From the NCBI GenBank assembly GCA_043809245.1, contig JAZDDZ010000027.1, positions 1 to 34,873 of the forward strand: a DNA stretch of 34,873 nucleotides. Direction: 5' to 3'. Positions 25,491 through 34,316 of this stretch are shown one piece after another (positions within the stretch are counted from its first letter, which is position 1; every line of letters starts with the position of its first letter). A program made the position numbers and the translations under genes. The notes beneath the pieces were generated by a model that saw only the letters and a program-made list of their open reading frames with translations, was not told the DNA's origin and did no database searches. The DNA is from Candidatus Iainarchaeum sp. GTDB lineage: Archaea > Iainarchaeota > Iainarchaeia > Iainarchaeales > JAZDDZ01.

Positions 25491-26191
25491 AAAGGCGGAT
25501 GGTGGAAAGCTTGAAAAGACTGGTTTTGGATTCAAGCAGCCTGATTTCCTTTTCGGAAAAATGCCTTATGAAGGTTATTGCAAAGCTCGCTGAATTGAAT
25601 GACGTTCAGTTTTTAATGCCTGAAAGCGTTTACGTTGAATCCGTTGTGAGGCCGTTGGAGATAAAGCGGTTTGAATTGAATGCAATCAGGGTGCAGGACG
25701 CGATAAATGACGGCTGGTTGAGAGTGGAGAAAAACGACGCGGAAATAAAGAGGCTTACAAAGAAAGTTTTGGAGCTTTCAAGCGGATTGTTTTCAACATT
25801 TGAAGGGCCCATAAGGCTCATTCACGAGGGTGAAGCACAGACAATTGCCCTTATAAAAAAATTCCAGGCGGATGCATTGGTTATTGACGAGCGCACAACG
25901 CGCATGCTGATAGAGGCGCCAAAACAGCTTGTGAAAACAATGGAGGAAAGGTACTTAAGCGAAATAACGGTTGATGAGAAGAGGGTGCGGGAGTTCAGGA
26001 AATTTGTGGGGGAACCTGAAATTGTTAGAAGCGTTGAATTGATTGCATTGGCTTATGAAAGGGGCTGTTTCAGGGGAGAACTCCAGGAAACAAAGAAGGC
26101 CTTGTCCGCAGCGCTTTTTGCCGCGAAATTTGCGGGCTGCGCTGTTTCATTCAACGAGATTAATGCTTTCCTCGGGGGTGTTAAGGAATGA
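25487..26191 (+). CDS. PIN-like domain protein
   Basis: LDSSSLI, VYVES, HEGEAQ, IDERTTR; probable start ATG 25499. Confidence 0.75.
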   Translation: MKRRMVESLKRLVLDSSSLISFSEKCLMKVIAKLAELNDVQFLMPESVYVESVVRPLEIKRFELNAIRVQDAINDGWLRVEKNDAEIKRLTKKVLELSSGLFSTFEGPIRLIHEGEAQTIALIKKFQADALVIDERTTRMLIEAPKQLVKTMEERYLSEITVDEKRVREFRKFVGEPEIVRSVELIALAYERGCFRGELQETKKALSAALFAAKFAGCAVSFNEINAFLGGVKE

Positions 26192-26667
26192 TTGCGCAGA
26201 AAACAAGGATTGAAAAGGCAAGGGAAAAGGATTTTCCCCATATGGCTGAGCTTGTACTCGAGGAATTCTCTTACGTTAACGCCTCAAGGGAAAGGCTTGT
26301 TAAAAGGTTTTCAGAGCACCCCGAAATCTTCATGTTCAAGCTGTCCGACAGGAAAGGCATTGCCGGCTTCCTTGAATTGCAGTTAAGGGAAGAAAAGGCA
26401 CGGATAAACGCGCTTGTCGTGAAAAAAGGCTTTCGCGGAAAAGGCTTGGGGAAAAGGCTGCTTGAATTCGGCATTGATTTTTTGAAAAAGCAAAACATTT
26501 CCGAGGTAATGCTTAACGTTAAACAGGACAATGTCCACGCGAAAAACATTTACGCTCTTTACGGCTTTGAATCAAGAGGAGTCATTCCAAACAAAATAAT
26601 TGACGGCGCGCCCATTGAAAAAATGAAGCTAAACCTTGAACGCGGACTGGAAGAAGAAGCGGGCTAA
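26188..26667 (+). CDS. GNAT N-acetyltransferase (RimI-like)
   Basis: FRGKGLGKRLL, LNVKQDN, IYALYGF. Confidence 0.88.
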   Translation: MIAQKTRIEKAREKDFPHMAELVLEEFSYVNASRERLVKRFSEHPEIFMFKLSDRKGIAGFLELQLREEKARINALVVKKGFRGKGLGKRLLEFGIDFLKKQNISEVMLNVKQDNVHAKNIYALYGFESRGVIPNKIIDGAPIEKMKLNLERGLEEEAG

Positions 26668-26729
26668 GCGGCGATGCAGCTTTTGGGTAAATTTAAATAC
26701 TACTTTAACCTTATTGTTAAAGATATAAA

Positions 26730-28607
26730 ATGAAAAAAAAGATTTTTGTTTTGTGCTGTTTAATAGCCCTGCTATTTTTGATTGGCTGTATCCAAAGCCC
26801 TGAACAAAATTTAAATAATGTAACGGGTGCGGCAACTTATGTTGATGCTTTTTCCTCTCGCGATTATTTCCTGTTTAACGGTGATTTTGATCTTTCCCTG
26901 CCGAATAACTCGCTGTTGAACGGCAGTTTTGAGGAGGGCGGCTGGAGATATCCTGTTTTATGGTTTTTATGGAAGGCAACGGATGTTTCAAAGCCAAAAT
27001 ATTGGTTTGACTTTCAGCAAGTAAATTCATCCGCAAGATTGGTAGGTTACAGTTCGCTAATAGGCGTATCTGAAGGAAGAAAAGCTTTTGCAGTAACTCT
27101 TGGAAGCACAACAAAGGATTATTGGCTTTACCAGCCAGTGAAGCTCCAACCTGGAAAAACATACAAGCTAAGTTCGTACATAAGTGCCCAAAGGATATCA
27201 TCAAATCAGGATTATGGCTGCGAGGTATACCTATACAACCCAAACTCAGCAGAACTATCTGCAATAAGCACAATCGCGGCGAGAGGCACGACAAGCATGC
27301 AACAATACGCGAAAGAGTTTGCGATTCCGGCGGGAATCACGGTTGCAGCAGTGATGGTTGGGGGAAAAAGCCCAAGCGGAACATGCTATTTTGACGAAGT
27401 AAATCTTTTGCCAACAGAATTTAATGGTGATGGAATCTACACGGTACACGGCGGAGAAACCATTGTTTCTGACGAGGGTTTTAAGATAAAAATAAACAAT
27501 ATTGACAGAACTTCTGACCCTCAAGGTTATCCTTTGCTAAATTATTCAGTATTATCTGCTGATGGTTTTTTGGTTAAGGAGGGTTATGCTCAGTTTACAG
27601 AAGGTTTTACACAAACCGATTTGGTATTCCCAAAATCCTACCTTGAAGGAATAAAACCAGGCGCTTTTAATTTAACTGAAATTGATGACACTCACGCAGA
27701 CTTTATGGAAATCAAAGTTGATTCATGCCCAATCTTAGCCTCTATAAAAGGCATTGGTGAAAAGAAAATTTTATTCGTTCCCGCATATACCTATGCGGCA
27801 AGGGACGCTATCAACGACCACGCGAAACTGGCACTGAATGTTTACAGCCCTGCTTTTTCTGACGTGATTAATTATGTTAAATTCAAGCAAAACCAATTAA
27901 TTGAAAGGGAATTGTTAAGCATATCATTTACTGTAACCGATCCAATAGTGGTGCCGTCAGAAGCTGACTACTATCAAAAAAGTGACAGTATAAAAAAAAT
28001 TTTGAATTATATAAGAGAACAAACTAATTTTGAACCGAGTAATTTTGATTTGCTGGTTTTTCAGTTGTATATTGGCCCTGATGAACAACCCTTGGCTGAA
28101 ACCCCCTATTCTGAAGGAATAATCGCACACAATAAAGTACACACTCCTGAAGCTGCATTTGATTGGGAAAACAGGGATGTATTTTACAGCAACACAAAAC
28201 CCCTTTATACAAAAGCAATGCTTCATGAAATTCTTCATGGCTTTGGGATGAGTGACGAGATAGCTTATAACTCAACTTATTATCTTGGCTCAGTTTTTTA
28301 CATAGGAAGCTATTTTGATGGAACACAGGAACTAATAGCACCGGGCCCTGGCAATACAATGTATAGGAATGTAACAGAAATTCAAAACGAAGCCGAAAGG
28401 CGCCTTGGAAATAAGTTTCTTGTTGGCGAATTTCAGCAAATCAACGAACTTATGGCGCAAGAGCTTGGCTGGAAAGACATCAATGACAACAATGTGATTG
28501 ATGTATATGAAGCTTGTGAGCAAAATTGCATAATTGAAGAAAATGCAAGAGTTGATAGCCAACTTGCCAATATAACGCCATATGATTTCTGCAGTCTGAA
28601 GAATTAG
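26730..28607 (+). CDS. Lipoprotein with carbohydrate-binding-like domain and zincin metalloprotease motif
   Basis: Lipobox LLFLIGC; NGSFE...LQPGKTYKLS...YFDEV (CBM-like); HEILHGFG. Confidence 0.7.
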   Translation: MKKKIFVLCCLIALLFLIGCIQSPEQNLNNVTGAATYVDAFSSRDYFLFNGDFDLSLPNNSLLNGSFEEGGWRYPVLWFLWKATDVSKPKYWFDFQQVNSSARLVGYSSLIGVSEGRKAFAVTLGSTTKDYWLYQPVKLQPGKTYKLSSYISAQRISSNQDYGCEVYLYNPNSAELSAISTIAARGTTSMQQYAKEFAIPAGITVAAVMVGGKSPSGTCYFDEVNLLPTEFNGDGIYTVHGGETIVSDEGFKIKINNIDRTSDPQGYPLLNYSVLSADGFLVKEGYAQFTEGFTQTDLVFPKSYLEGIKPGAFNLTEIDDTHADFMEIKVDSCPILASIKGIGEKKILFVPAYTYAARDAINDHAKLALNVYSPAFSDVINYVKFKQNQLIERELLSISFTVTDPIVVPSEADYYQKSDSIKKILNYIREQTNFEPSNFDLLVFQLYIGPDEQPLAETPYSEGIIAHNKVHTPEAAFDWENRDVFYSNTKPLYTKAMLHEILHGFGMSDEIAYNSTYYLGSVFYIGSYFDGTQELIAPGPGNTMYRNVTEIQNEAERRLGNKFLVGEFQQINELMAQELGWKDINDNNVIDVYEACEQNCIIEENARVDSQLANITPYDFCSLKN

Positions 28608-30070
28608 TAAGCCTTCGCAAAGTACGCTTTCTCTTTCGCGGTTTTTCCGCATTTAACGCATTTTCCCTGGAAGTTTTTCGGCTGTCCAAAGGGAATGCAC
28701 CTGCTTGTCGCAGTGGTTTTCTCCTTGATTTCGTTCTCGCATTCATCTGTGTGGCAGAAAGGTGCAAGGGCAATTTTCTTGCCTTCAATCGCTTTCACGA
28801 ATTCCTGCCAGCTTTTCGGCTCGACAATGTTGCCATTCAAAAACTTTTTCGCCTTTGCAAACAGGTCTTTCTGCATTTCCTCAAGCATTTTTCCTGACTC
28901 TTTTTTAACCGCTTCAATTTTCACGATTTTTTTCGCGCCGTTGTCCCTTCTCACAAGCACTGCCTGCTTTTTCTCCAAATCCTTTGGCCCTAACTCCACA
29001 CGGAGCGGCACGCCTTTCAATTCCCATTCATTGAATTTCCATCCCGCGCTGTATCCCTCGCGGTCGTCAATGAATGCATTGAATTCCGCAAGCTCTTTTT
29101 CAATTTCTTTCGCTTTCTTCAAGACTTTTTGCTTGCTGTCATCAAACAAAATAGGCACTATAACAATTTTTTCCCTTGCAAGTTTCGGAGGCAAAACAAG
29201 CCCCTTGTCGTCTCCGTGCAGCATTACAACCGCGCCAATCAGCCTTGTGCTGAAACCCCAGCTGCTCTGCCATGCAAGCTGTTCTTTGCCGCCCTTATCC
29301 AAGAACTTCACGCCAAAGCTTTTCGCAAAGTTCTGCCCCAAATTATGCGATGTGCCCATCTGCAGTGCCTTTCCGTCAGGCATGAGCGCTTCAAGTGTCG
29401 TGGTGTAAAGCGCTCCCGCAAATTTTTCTTTTTCGGTTTTTTTCCCTGAAAGAACAGGAACCGCTAGAACGCCTTCCACAAGCTTCCTGTATTCATCCAA
29501 AAACAAAAGCGTTTCCTTGTCACATTCTTCCGCGGTTTCGTAAACGCAGTGGCCTTCCTGCCATAAAAACTCGCGCGTTCGCAAAAAAAGCTTTGTCTGC
29601 TTTACTTCCCACCTCAGGACATTGCACCACTGGTTAATTCGCAAAGGCAAATCCCTCCAGCTCCTAATCCATTTCGCGTAAGAATCATACATTATGGTTT
29701 CGCTTGTAGGCCTAATCGCCAATCTTTCTTCTTGCTCCCCTTCTTCCCCTTCCTCTTTTTTCTTTTCAATCCACGCCAGCTCCGGCGCAAATCCTTTCGC
29801 GTGCTCTGCCTCTTTTTTGAAAAAGCTCTCAGGAATCAAAAGCGGGAAATAAGCGTTCCTCACCCCGCGAGCGAAAATCTGAGCGTTGAATTCTTCTTGA
29901 ATTTTTTCCCAAAGGGCATATCCTCTGGGCCTTATAACCATGAATCCCCTCACTGGCGAATAATCCGCGAGTTCCGCCTTCAAAACGACTTGATTGAACC
30001 ATTCAACGAAGTCGCCTTCTTTTTTGGCGGTCAATCCCGCCTGCTGGACTTTAGCTTCTTTTGCAGACAT
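28604..30070 (-). CDS. proS: Proline--tRNA ligase, archaeal/eukaryotic type
   Basis: RPTSET, FLRTREFLWQEGH, GTSHNLGQNF, C-terminal CxxC and terminal Tyr (AKAY); ATG 30070 preferred to 30106. Confidence 0.97.
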   Translation of the reverse strand: MSAKEAKVQQAGLTAKKEGDFVEWFNQVVLKAELADYSPVRGFMVIRPRGYALWEKIQEEFNAQIFARGVRNAYFPLLIPESFFKKEAEHAKGFAPELAWIEKKKEEGEEGEQEERLAIRPTSETIMYDSYAKWIRSWRDLPLRINQWCNVLRWEVKQTKLFLRTREFLWQEGHCVYETAEECDKETLLFLDEYRKLVEGVLAVPVLSGKKTEKEKFAGALYTTTLEALMPDGKALQMGTSHNLGQNFAKSFGVKFLDKGGKEQLAWQSSWGFSTRLIGAVVMLHGDDKGLVLPPKLAREKIVIVPILFDDSKQKVLKKAKEIEKELAEFNAFIDDREGYSAGWKFNEWELKGVPLRVELGPKDLEKKQAVLVRRDNGAKKIVKIEAVKKESGKMLEEMQKDLFAKAKKFLNGNIVEPKSWQEFVKAIEGKKIALAPFCHTDECENEIKEKTTATSRCIPFGQPKNFQGKCVKCGKTAKEKAYFAKAY

Positions 30071-30098
30071 TTTTAACACGCATTCATTAATTCTAGCT

Positions 30099-31229
30099 TC
30101 AACCAATAATATAAATGTTCTCTGTCTTGATAACCGGCTGCAGCTTTTGCTTTAGCACCTTTTCCCCTTCCCCTGAATTCTTGCCGATAATGCCCTCAAG
30201 GTCTTTGCTTGAATAAGTGCTGGTGCCGCGGGCAAAAACCACGCTGCCGCATTTCACTTCAACCAATTCATTTGCATCAAAGGTTCCCTTTACTTTTTTC
30301 ACGCCTATTGCAAGGAGGCTTTTTCCCGAAAGCAACGCATTCTTTGCCCCCTCGTCCACTTCCAGTGTTCCGGCTGCCCTTGAAAAGGAAAGCCACCTTT
30401 CCTTTTCGCTTAAGCCTTTTCCCGGAGAAAAAAACGTGCCAATCTCCTTTCCTGCCGCAGCATCAAGCAAAGCGTTTTTTTTCCTGCCATTCAAAATCAC
30501 CACAGCGCATCCGGCTGTTGCCGCGATTTTTGCCGCGTCCACTTTTGACTTCATTCCGCCCAATCCCCCGCAGCTCGCGTTTCCAGCCATTGCCTCAATG
30601 TCTTTCCCGATTTCTTTCACTTCCCTCACGAGAACGGCTTTACTGTCCTTTTTCGGATTGCAGTTGAACAATCCCTCAACATCGGACAACATTATGAGGG
30701 CGTTCGCGTTGAGCTTTGACGCAACCATTGCCGAAAGCCTGTCATTGTCGCCAAAGCTTTTATCAATTTCCCTTGTCGAAATGGGGTCGTTTTCGTTTAT
30801 TACGGGCACTACTCCGAACTCAAGCAGCGAATTAATGCTGTTCCTCAGGTTAAGGTATGTTTCCCTGTCCGAAAAAGAATCAAATGTAAGCAAAACCTGT
30901 GCAACGCTTATCCTGCGTTTCCTGAAAGCGCTTGCATAATGGCTCATCAATATGCTTTGCCCTACCGCTGCCGCTGCCTGCCTTAGCACGATGTCCCTGG
31001 GGCTTTCCTTTAAGCCGAGTTCTTTTTTCCCGCAGCCAATTGCGCCGGAGGTTACAATCACTATTTCTTTCCCTTCCTTTCTTAATTTTGCAGCCTGTCC
31101 AGCGATTCCTTTAATGAATGCGCCGTCAACTTCCCCTTTTCCGTTGGTTATGGTGTTCGTGCCAATCTTCACCACAATGCGCTTTGCTTTTCCGAAAAAA
31201 GCCTTTCTTTCAGCCATAAACTCCACCAT
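30099..31229 (-). CDS. proB: Glutamate 5-kinase with PUA domain
   Basis: VVKIGT, TSGAI, QAAAAVGQ, INEND, FGDND, GGMKSK. Confidence 0.96.
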   Translation of the reverse strand: MVEFMAERKAFFGKAKRIVVKIGTNTITNGKGEVDGAFIKGIAGQAAKLRKEGKEIVIVTSGAIGCGKKELGLKESPRDIVLRQAAAAVGQSILMSHYASAFRKRRISVAQVLLTFDSFSDRETYLNLRNSINSLLEFGVVPVINENDPISTREIDKSFGDNDRLSAMVASKLNANALIMLSDVEGLFNCNPKKDSKAVLVREVKEIGKDIEAMAGNASCGGLGGMKSKVDAAKIAATAGCAVVILNGRKKNALLDAAAGKEIGTFFSPGKGLSEKERWLSFSRAAGTLEVDEGAKNALLSGKSLLAIGVKKVKGTFDANELVEVKCGSVVFARGTSTYSSKDLEGIIGKNSGEGEKVLKQKLQPVIKTENIYIIG

Positions 31230-32483
31230 TCACTCCCTTATTTGCCCGCTTCCCTCAACAACATACTTGTAGCTTGTAAGCTCCCTTAATCCCATCGGCC
31301 CGCGGGCATGCATTTTCTGCGTGCTCACGCCTATCTCAGAGCCAAAGCCAAACTGCGCTCCATCAGTGAAACGCGTTGAAGCATTCGCGTAAACGCATGC
31401 TGCGTCCACTTCATTCAAAAAACGCGAAATGTTTTCCCTGCCGCCCGAAACAATCGCATCCGAATGCTTGGTGTTGAATTTGTTTATGTGCGCAATTGCC
31501 TCATCAACAGAACCAACAACTTTTATCGCAATAACCAAGTCAAGGTATTCCTTGGGCCAGTCGGCATCTGTTGCAGGAACAATGCCCCTAACAATCTTTA
31601 CAGCCATTTCATCGCCCCTTACCTCGACCCCGTGCTTCCTGAGCTCAGCAACCATTGAAGGCAAAAACTTTTCCGCGATTCTCTCATGCACCAACAGCTT
31701 TTCCACCGCGTTGCACACGCCGGGCCTCTGCACTTTCGCGTTCACCACGATTTTCTTTGCTTTCTCCAAATCAGCGCTTTCGTCAACAAACACATGGCAG
31801 TTTCCCTCGCCTGTCTCAATCACGGGAACAGATGAATTTTCCACAACCATTTTAATCAGGGAACCGCTGCCGCGCGGGATAATCAAGTCAACAACCCCGT
31901 GCAATTTCAGCAGTGCGTTAACAGACTCCCTTTCAATGAAGGGAATGAATGAAATTGCTTCCTTGGGCAAGCCTGCCTTTTCAATTGCGCCTGAAATCAC
32001 TTCAACTATTGCCTTGTTTGAATTGATTGCATCACTGCCTCCCTTCAACACAACCGCGTTTCCCGCCTTCAGGCATAAAACGCTTGCATCAACCGTGACA
32101 TTCGGCCTGCTTTCATAAATCAAGGCGATTACACCCAAGGGCACGCGCACTTTTTTTATCCGCAAGCCATTTTCAAGTGTCCATTCCACAATTGCCTCGC
32201 CAACAGGGTCTTTTAGCGATGCGACTTTCCTTGTCTCTTCAGCCATTGCCTTGATTCTTTTTTCATTCAGCAAAAGCCTGTCCGCCAATGCATCGCTTAA
32301 GCCTTTTTTTCTAGCGGCTATAACGTCTTTTTCGTTTGCCGCGAGGATTTTTTCCACGTTTTTTTCAAGTGCTTCCGCTATGGCATTCAACGCATTGTTT
32401 TTCTTTTCTGTTGATGCGCCTGCAACAACCGCTGAAGCCATGCGCGCTTTAACGGCAATTTCCCTTACCTTTTCTCCAATCAT
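31230..32483 (-). CDS. proA: Gamma-glutamyl phosphate reductase
   Basis: IYESRPNV, IPRG, GNCH, CNAVE, NASTRFTDG, STQKMHARGP. Confidence 0.97.
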   Translation of the reverse strand: MIGEKVREIAVKARMASAVVAGASTEKKNNALNAIAEALEKNVEKILAANEKDVIAARKKGLSDALADRLLLNEKRIKAMAEETRKVASLKDPVGEAIVEWTLENGLRIKKVRVPLGVIALIYESRPNVTVDASVLCLKAGNAVVLKGGSDAINSNKAIVEVISGAIEKAGLPKEAISFIPFIERESVNALLKLHGVVDLIIPRGSGSLIKMVVENSSVPVIETGEGNCHVFVDESADLEKAKKIVVNAKVQRPGVCNAVEKLLVHERIAEKFLPSMVAELRKHGVEVRGDEMAVKIVRGIVPATDADWPKEYLDLVIAIKVVGSVDEAIAHINKFNTKHSDAIVSGGRENISRFLNEVDAACVYANASTRFTDGAQFGFGSEIGVSTQKMHARGPMGLRELTSYKYVVEGSGQIRE

Positions 32484-33289
32484 TCGTTTTCCCTCCGCAG
32501 TTCTTCGGCTCTCTTTGCAGCAGCGGAAATCGCTTCCGCGAAAGCCTTCTCAGCGCCCAAATCATGCAGTTTTCCTAAGCCAGCGAAAGTTGTTCCCCCT
32601 GGAGATGCAACCATTTCAACCAGCTCCGTGGGTTTCATCTTTTTTTCAATCAAAAGCCTTGCAGTGCCCAATGCGGTTTGCTCCGCAAGAAGCCGTGCAT
32701 CGCTTTGGCTTAAGCCCAATTGCCGTGCTTTTTCCGCCATTCCATTCAATGCAATCGCAATGAATGCAGGCCCTGAACCGCTTAAAGCCGTGACAATGTC
32801 CAGCAATTTTTCTTCCTTGACTTCAATTGCCTTTCCAACCGCTTCAAGCAATTCCCTGACTTCTTTTGCGTCCTTTGCAGTCGCTTTTTTTCCAAGGCAA
32901 AAGGCGCTCATTCCCTCTCCCACAAGCGCCGGCGTGTTGGGCATCACGCGGACAATTCTTGCCTTTGAAATTTTGCGTTCAAGGAATTCAAGGGAAATGC
33001 CGGCTGCAATTGAGACAACCAATTGCCTTGCGGTAAAAGCGCCAGCCAATTCCTCCAGAACTTCTTTCATGTTCTGCGGCTTCACGCATAAAAAAACTGT
33101 TTCGCTTTTCTGCACAACTTCCGCGTTGTCCTTTGCCGCATTTACCTTATACTTTCCCTTAAGCAAATTCAGCCTTTCGCTGCTTTTGTCGCTGACCCAA
33201 ACTTCTTTTGCGGTGGCTGCTTTTTTCGCGAGAAAGCCGCCTAAAAGCGCTTCAGCCATTTTTCCAGAACCAATGAAACCAATTTTCAT
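32480..33289 (-). CDS. proC: Pyrroline-5-carboxylate reductase
   Basis: IGSGKMA, VKPQ, RVMPNTP, SGSGPAF, SPGGTT. Confidence 0.97.
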   Translation of the reverse strand: MKIGFIGSGKMAEALLGGFLAKKAATAKEVWVSDKSSERLNLLKGKYKVNAAKDNAEVVQKSETVFLCVKPQNMKEVLEELAGAFTARQLVVSIAAGISLEFLERKISKARIVRVMPNTPALVGEGMSAFCLGKKATAKDAKEVRELLEAVGKAIEVKEEKLLDIVTALSGSGPAFIAIALNGMAEKARQLGLSQSDARLLAEQTALGTARLLIEKKMKPTELVEMVASPGGTTFAGLGKLHDLGAEKAFAEAISAAAKRAEELRRENE

Positions 33290-33306
33290 TCCATTTCACC
33301 TAACCA

Positions 33307-33395
33307 CTTTTCCCAAACCCAAAGGTTTGGGCTCTTTTCTTTCTTTTGGGTAACATACACTTTTCTTTCTTTTTGTAAAAGAAAGAAAAGGGCTG
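33307..33395 (-). repeat. Two-hairpin tRNA 3' trailer, copy 1 (also proC leader)
   Basis: 14-bp U/A hairpin at 33360-33390 and CCCAAACC/GGTTTGGG hairpin at 33312-33331; homologous to 33963-34038. Confidence 0.75.
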
Positions 33396-33494
33396 TGGGG
33401 GAGCCGAGATTTGAACTCGGGTTACTACCACTTTGGAACTCTTTTTCCGAGATTCCCCAAGGTAGAGTACTGGACCAGGCTATACTACTCCCCC
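33396..33494 (-). tRNA. tRNA-Pro(GGG) with 24-nt intron at 37/38 (33431-33454)
   Basis: Acceptor GGGGGAG/CTCCCCC, anticodon stem CTACC/GGTAG, T arm CCGAG-TTCAAAT-CTCGG; BHB central helix TTGG/CCAA with 3-nt bulges. Confidence 0.95.
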
Positions 33495-33814
33495 TTTTTT
33501 CCATTTGTTCTTTTTTTTCCTCCTTTATTTTTTTTCTTTAGTTCATTTTCCCGTTCAAGTAAGTTTACAATGTTGGCTGCAACATTTTTAGGAGGCAGAT
33601 GCAGATAGCTGCTTTTCGGCCAAATGCCCGCTTGCCAGAAAAGGTCCGCGTTTAAGGCAATTCTTTCAGGCGGGACTCCTCTATTTAAATGGCGATTTAC
33701 CGAAGGATTACGGTATAGGCCCAGCGCCAAAAAATTATTATGAATCTCTGTGGCAGTCAGGGTTGCCGGGTTTCTTTTTGCTTTTATCTTTATTCGGCTT
33801 ATTAACTGCTTCAT
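33485..33814 (-). CDS. Hypothetical basic protein between the two tRNA-Pro genes
   Basis: 109-aa ORF; its last 10 nt are the first 10 nt of tRNA-Pro(GGG). Confidence 0.45.
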   Translation of the reverse strand: MKQLISRIKIKAKRNPATLTATEIHNNFLALGLYRNPSVNRHLNRGVPPERIALNADLFWQAGIWPKSSYLHLPPKNVAANIVNLLERENELKKKNKGGKKRTNGKKGE

Positions 33815-33844
33815 TTAAACAACCCCTGGAAAAGCCCTGCCTGA

Positions 33845-33884
33845 CCCAAAGCCGGAATACTGGACCAGGCTATACTACCACCCC
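33845..33884 (-). tRNA. 5' half (positions 1-37) of split tRNA-Pro(UGG)
   Basis: GGGGTGG TA GTAT AGCCTGGTCCA GTAT T CCGGC TT TGG G, followed by trailer T-CAGGCAGGGCTTT. Confidence 0.93.
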
Positions 33885-33962
33885 TCGCCGCCACTGTCGG
33901 CGGGCCAGAGCACGGGTTCACTTCGTTCACCCATGCGTGCTCGCTTCGCTCGCATTTAATGG

Positions 33963-34038
33963 CTTTTCCCAAGCCGTAGGCTTGGGTAGTTTTTCTTTGG
34001 GCAACATGCACTTTCTTTTTTCTAAAAAGAAAGGGCTG
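33963..34038 (-). repeat. Two-hairpin tRNA 3' trailer, copy 2
   Basis: 10-bp U/A hairpin at 34011-34033 and CCCAAGCC/GGCTTGGG hairpin at 33968-33986. Confidence 0.75.
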
Positions 34039-34040
34039 TT

Positions 34041-34075
34041 TGGGGTGGCCCGGATTTGAACCGGGGTCGCCGGCT
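34041..34075 (-). tRNA. 3' half (positions 38-73) of split tRNA-Pro(UGG), upstream of the 5' half
   Basis: A GCCGG CGAC CCCGG TTCAAAT CCGGG CCACCCC A, preceded by leader AAAGCCCTGCCTG-CAGA-AC. Confidence 0.93.
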
Positions 34076-34316
34076 GTTCTGCAGGCAGGGCTTTCAAGCT
34101 TGAATGAATTCCCGATTGAAATGCTGTTCTTTTGGCTAAAAAAATCAGTTAAAGCCTTTTTTTGGCACTGGAAGTCGATCACTTCTTTGCATTTCAATCA
34201 ATAGATATTTCTTCAAAAAAGGGTTTAAAAAGCCATGCATTTTTTGCAAAGGCAATGCCTCGGTTTAGGGAAAACAAAAAAAAGAAACAGGGGCGAAAAA
34301 CGCTTTTTTCGCCCGT

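Noticed and set aside
28695-33353. Long plus-strand ORFs (170-241 aa) opposite proS and proBAC
   Set aside because: Antisense shadows of well-supported genes.
33290-33395. T-box riboswitch in the proC leader
   Set aside because: No T-box consensus or specifier stem, the region is too short, and T-boxes are bacterial.
33286-34197. ORF-track ORFs 33286-33504, 33411-33608, 33763-34059 and 33811-34197
   Set aside because: They run across tRNA sequences; the shared peptide GSSIAWSS/GGSIAWSS is just the translated D arm.
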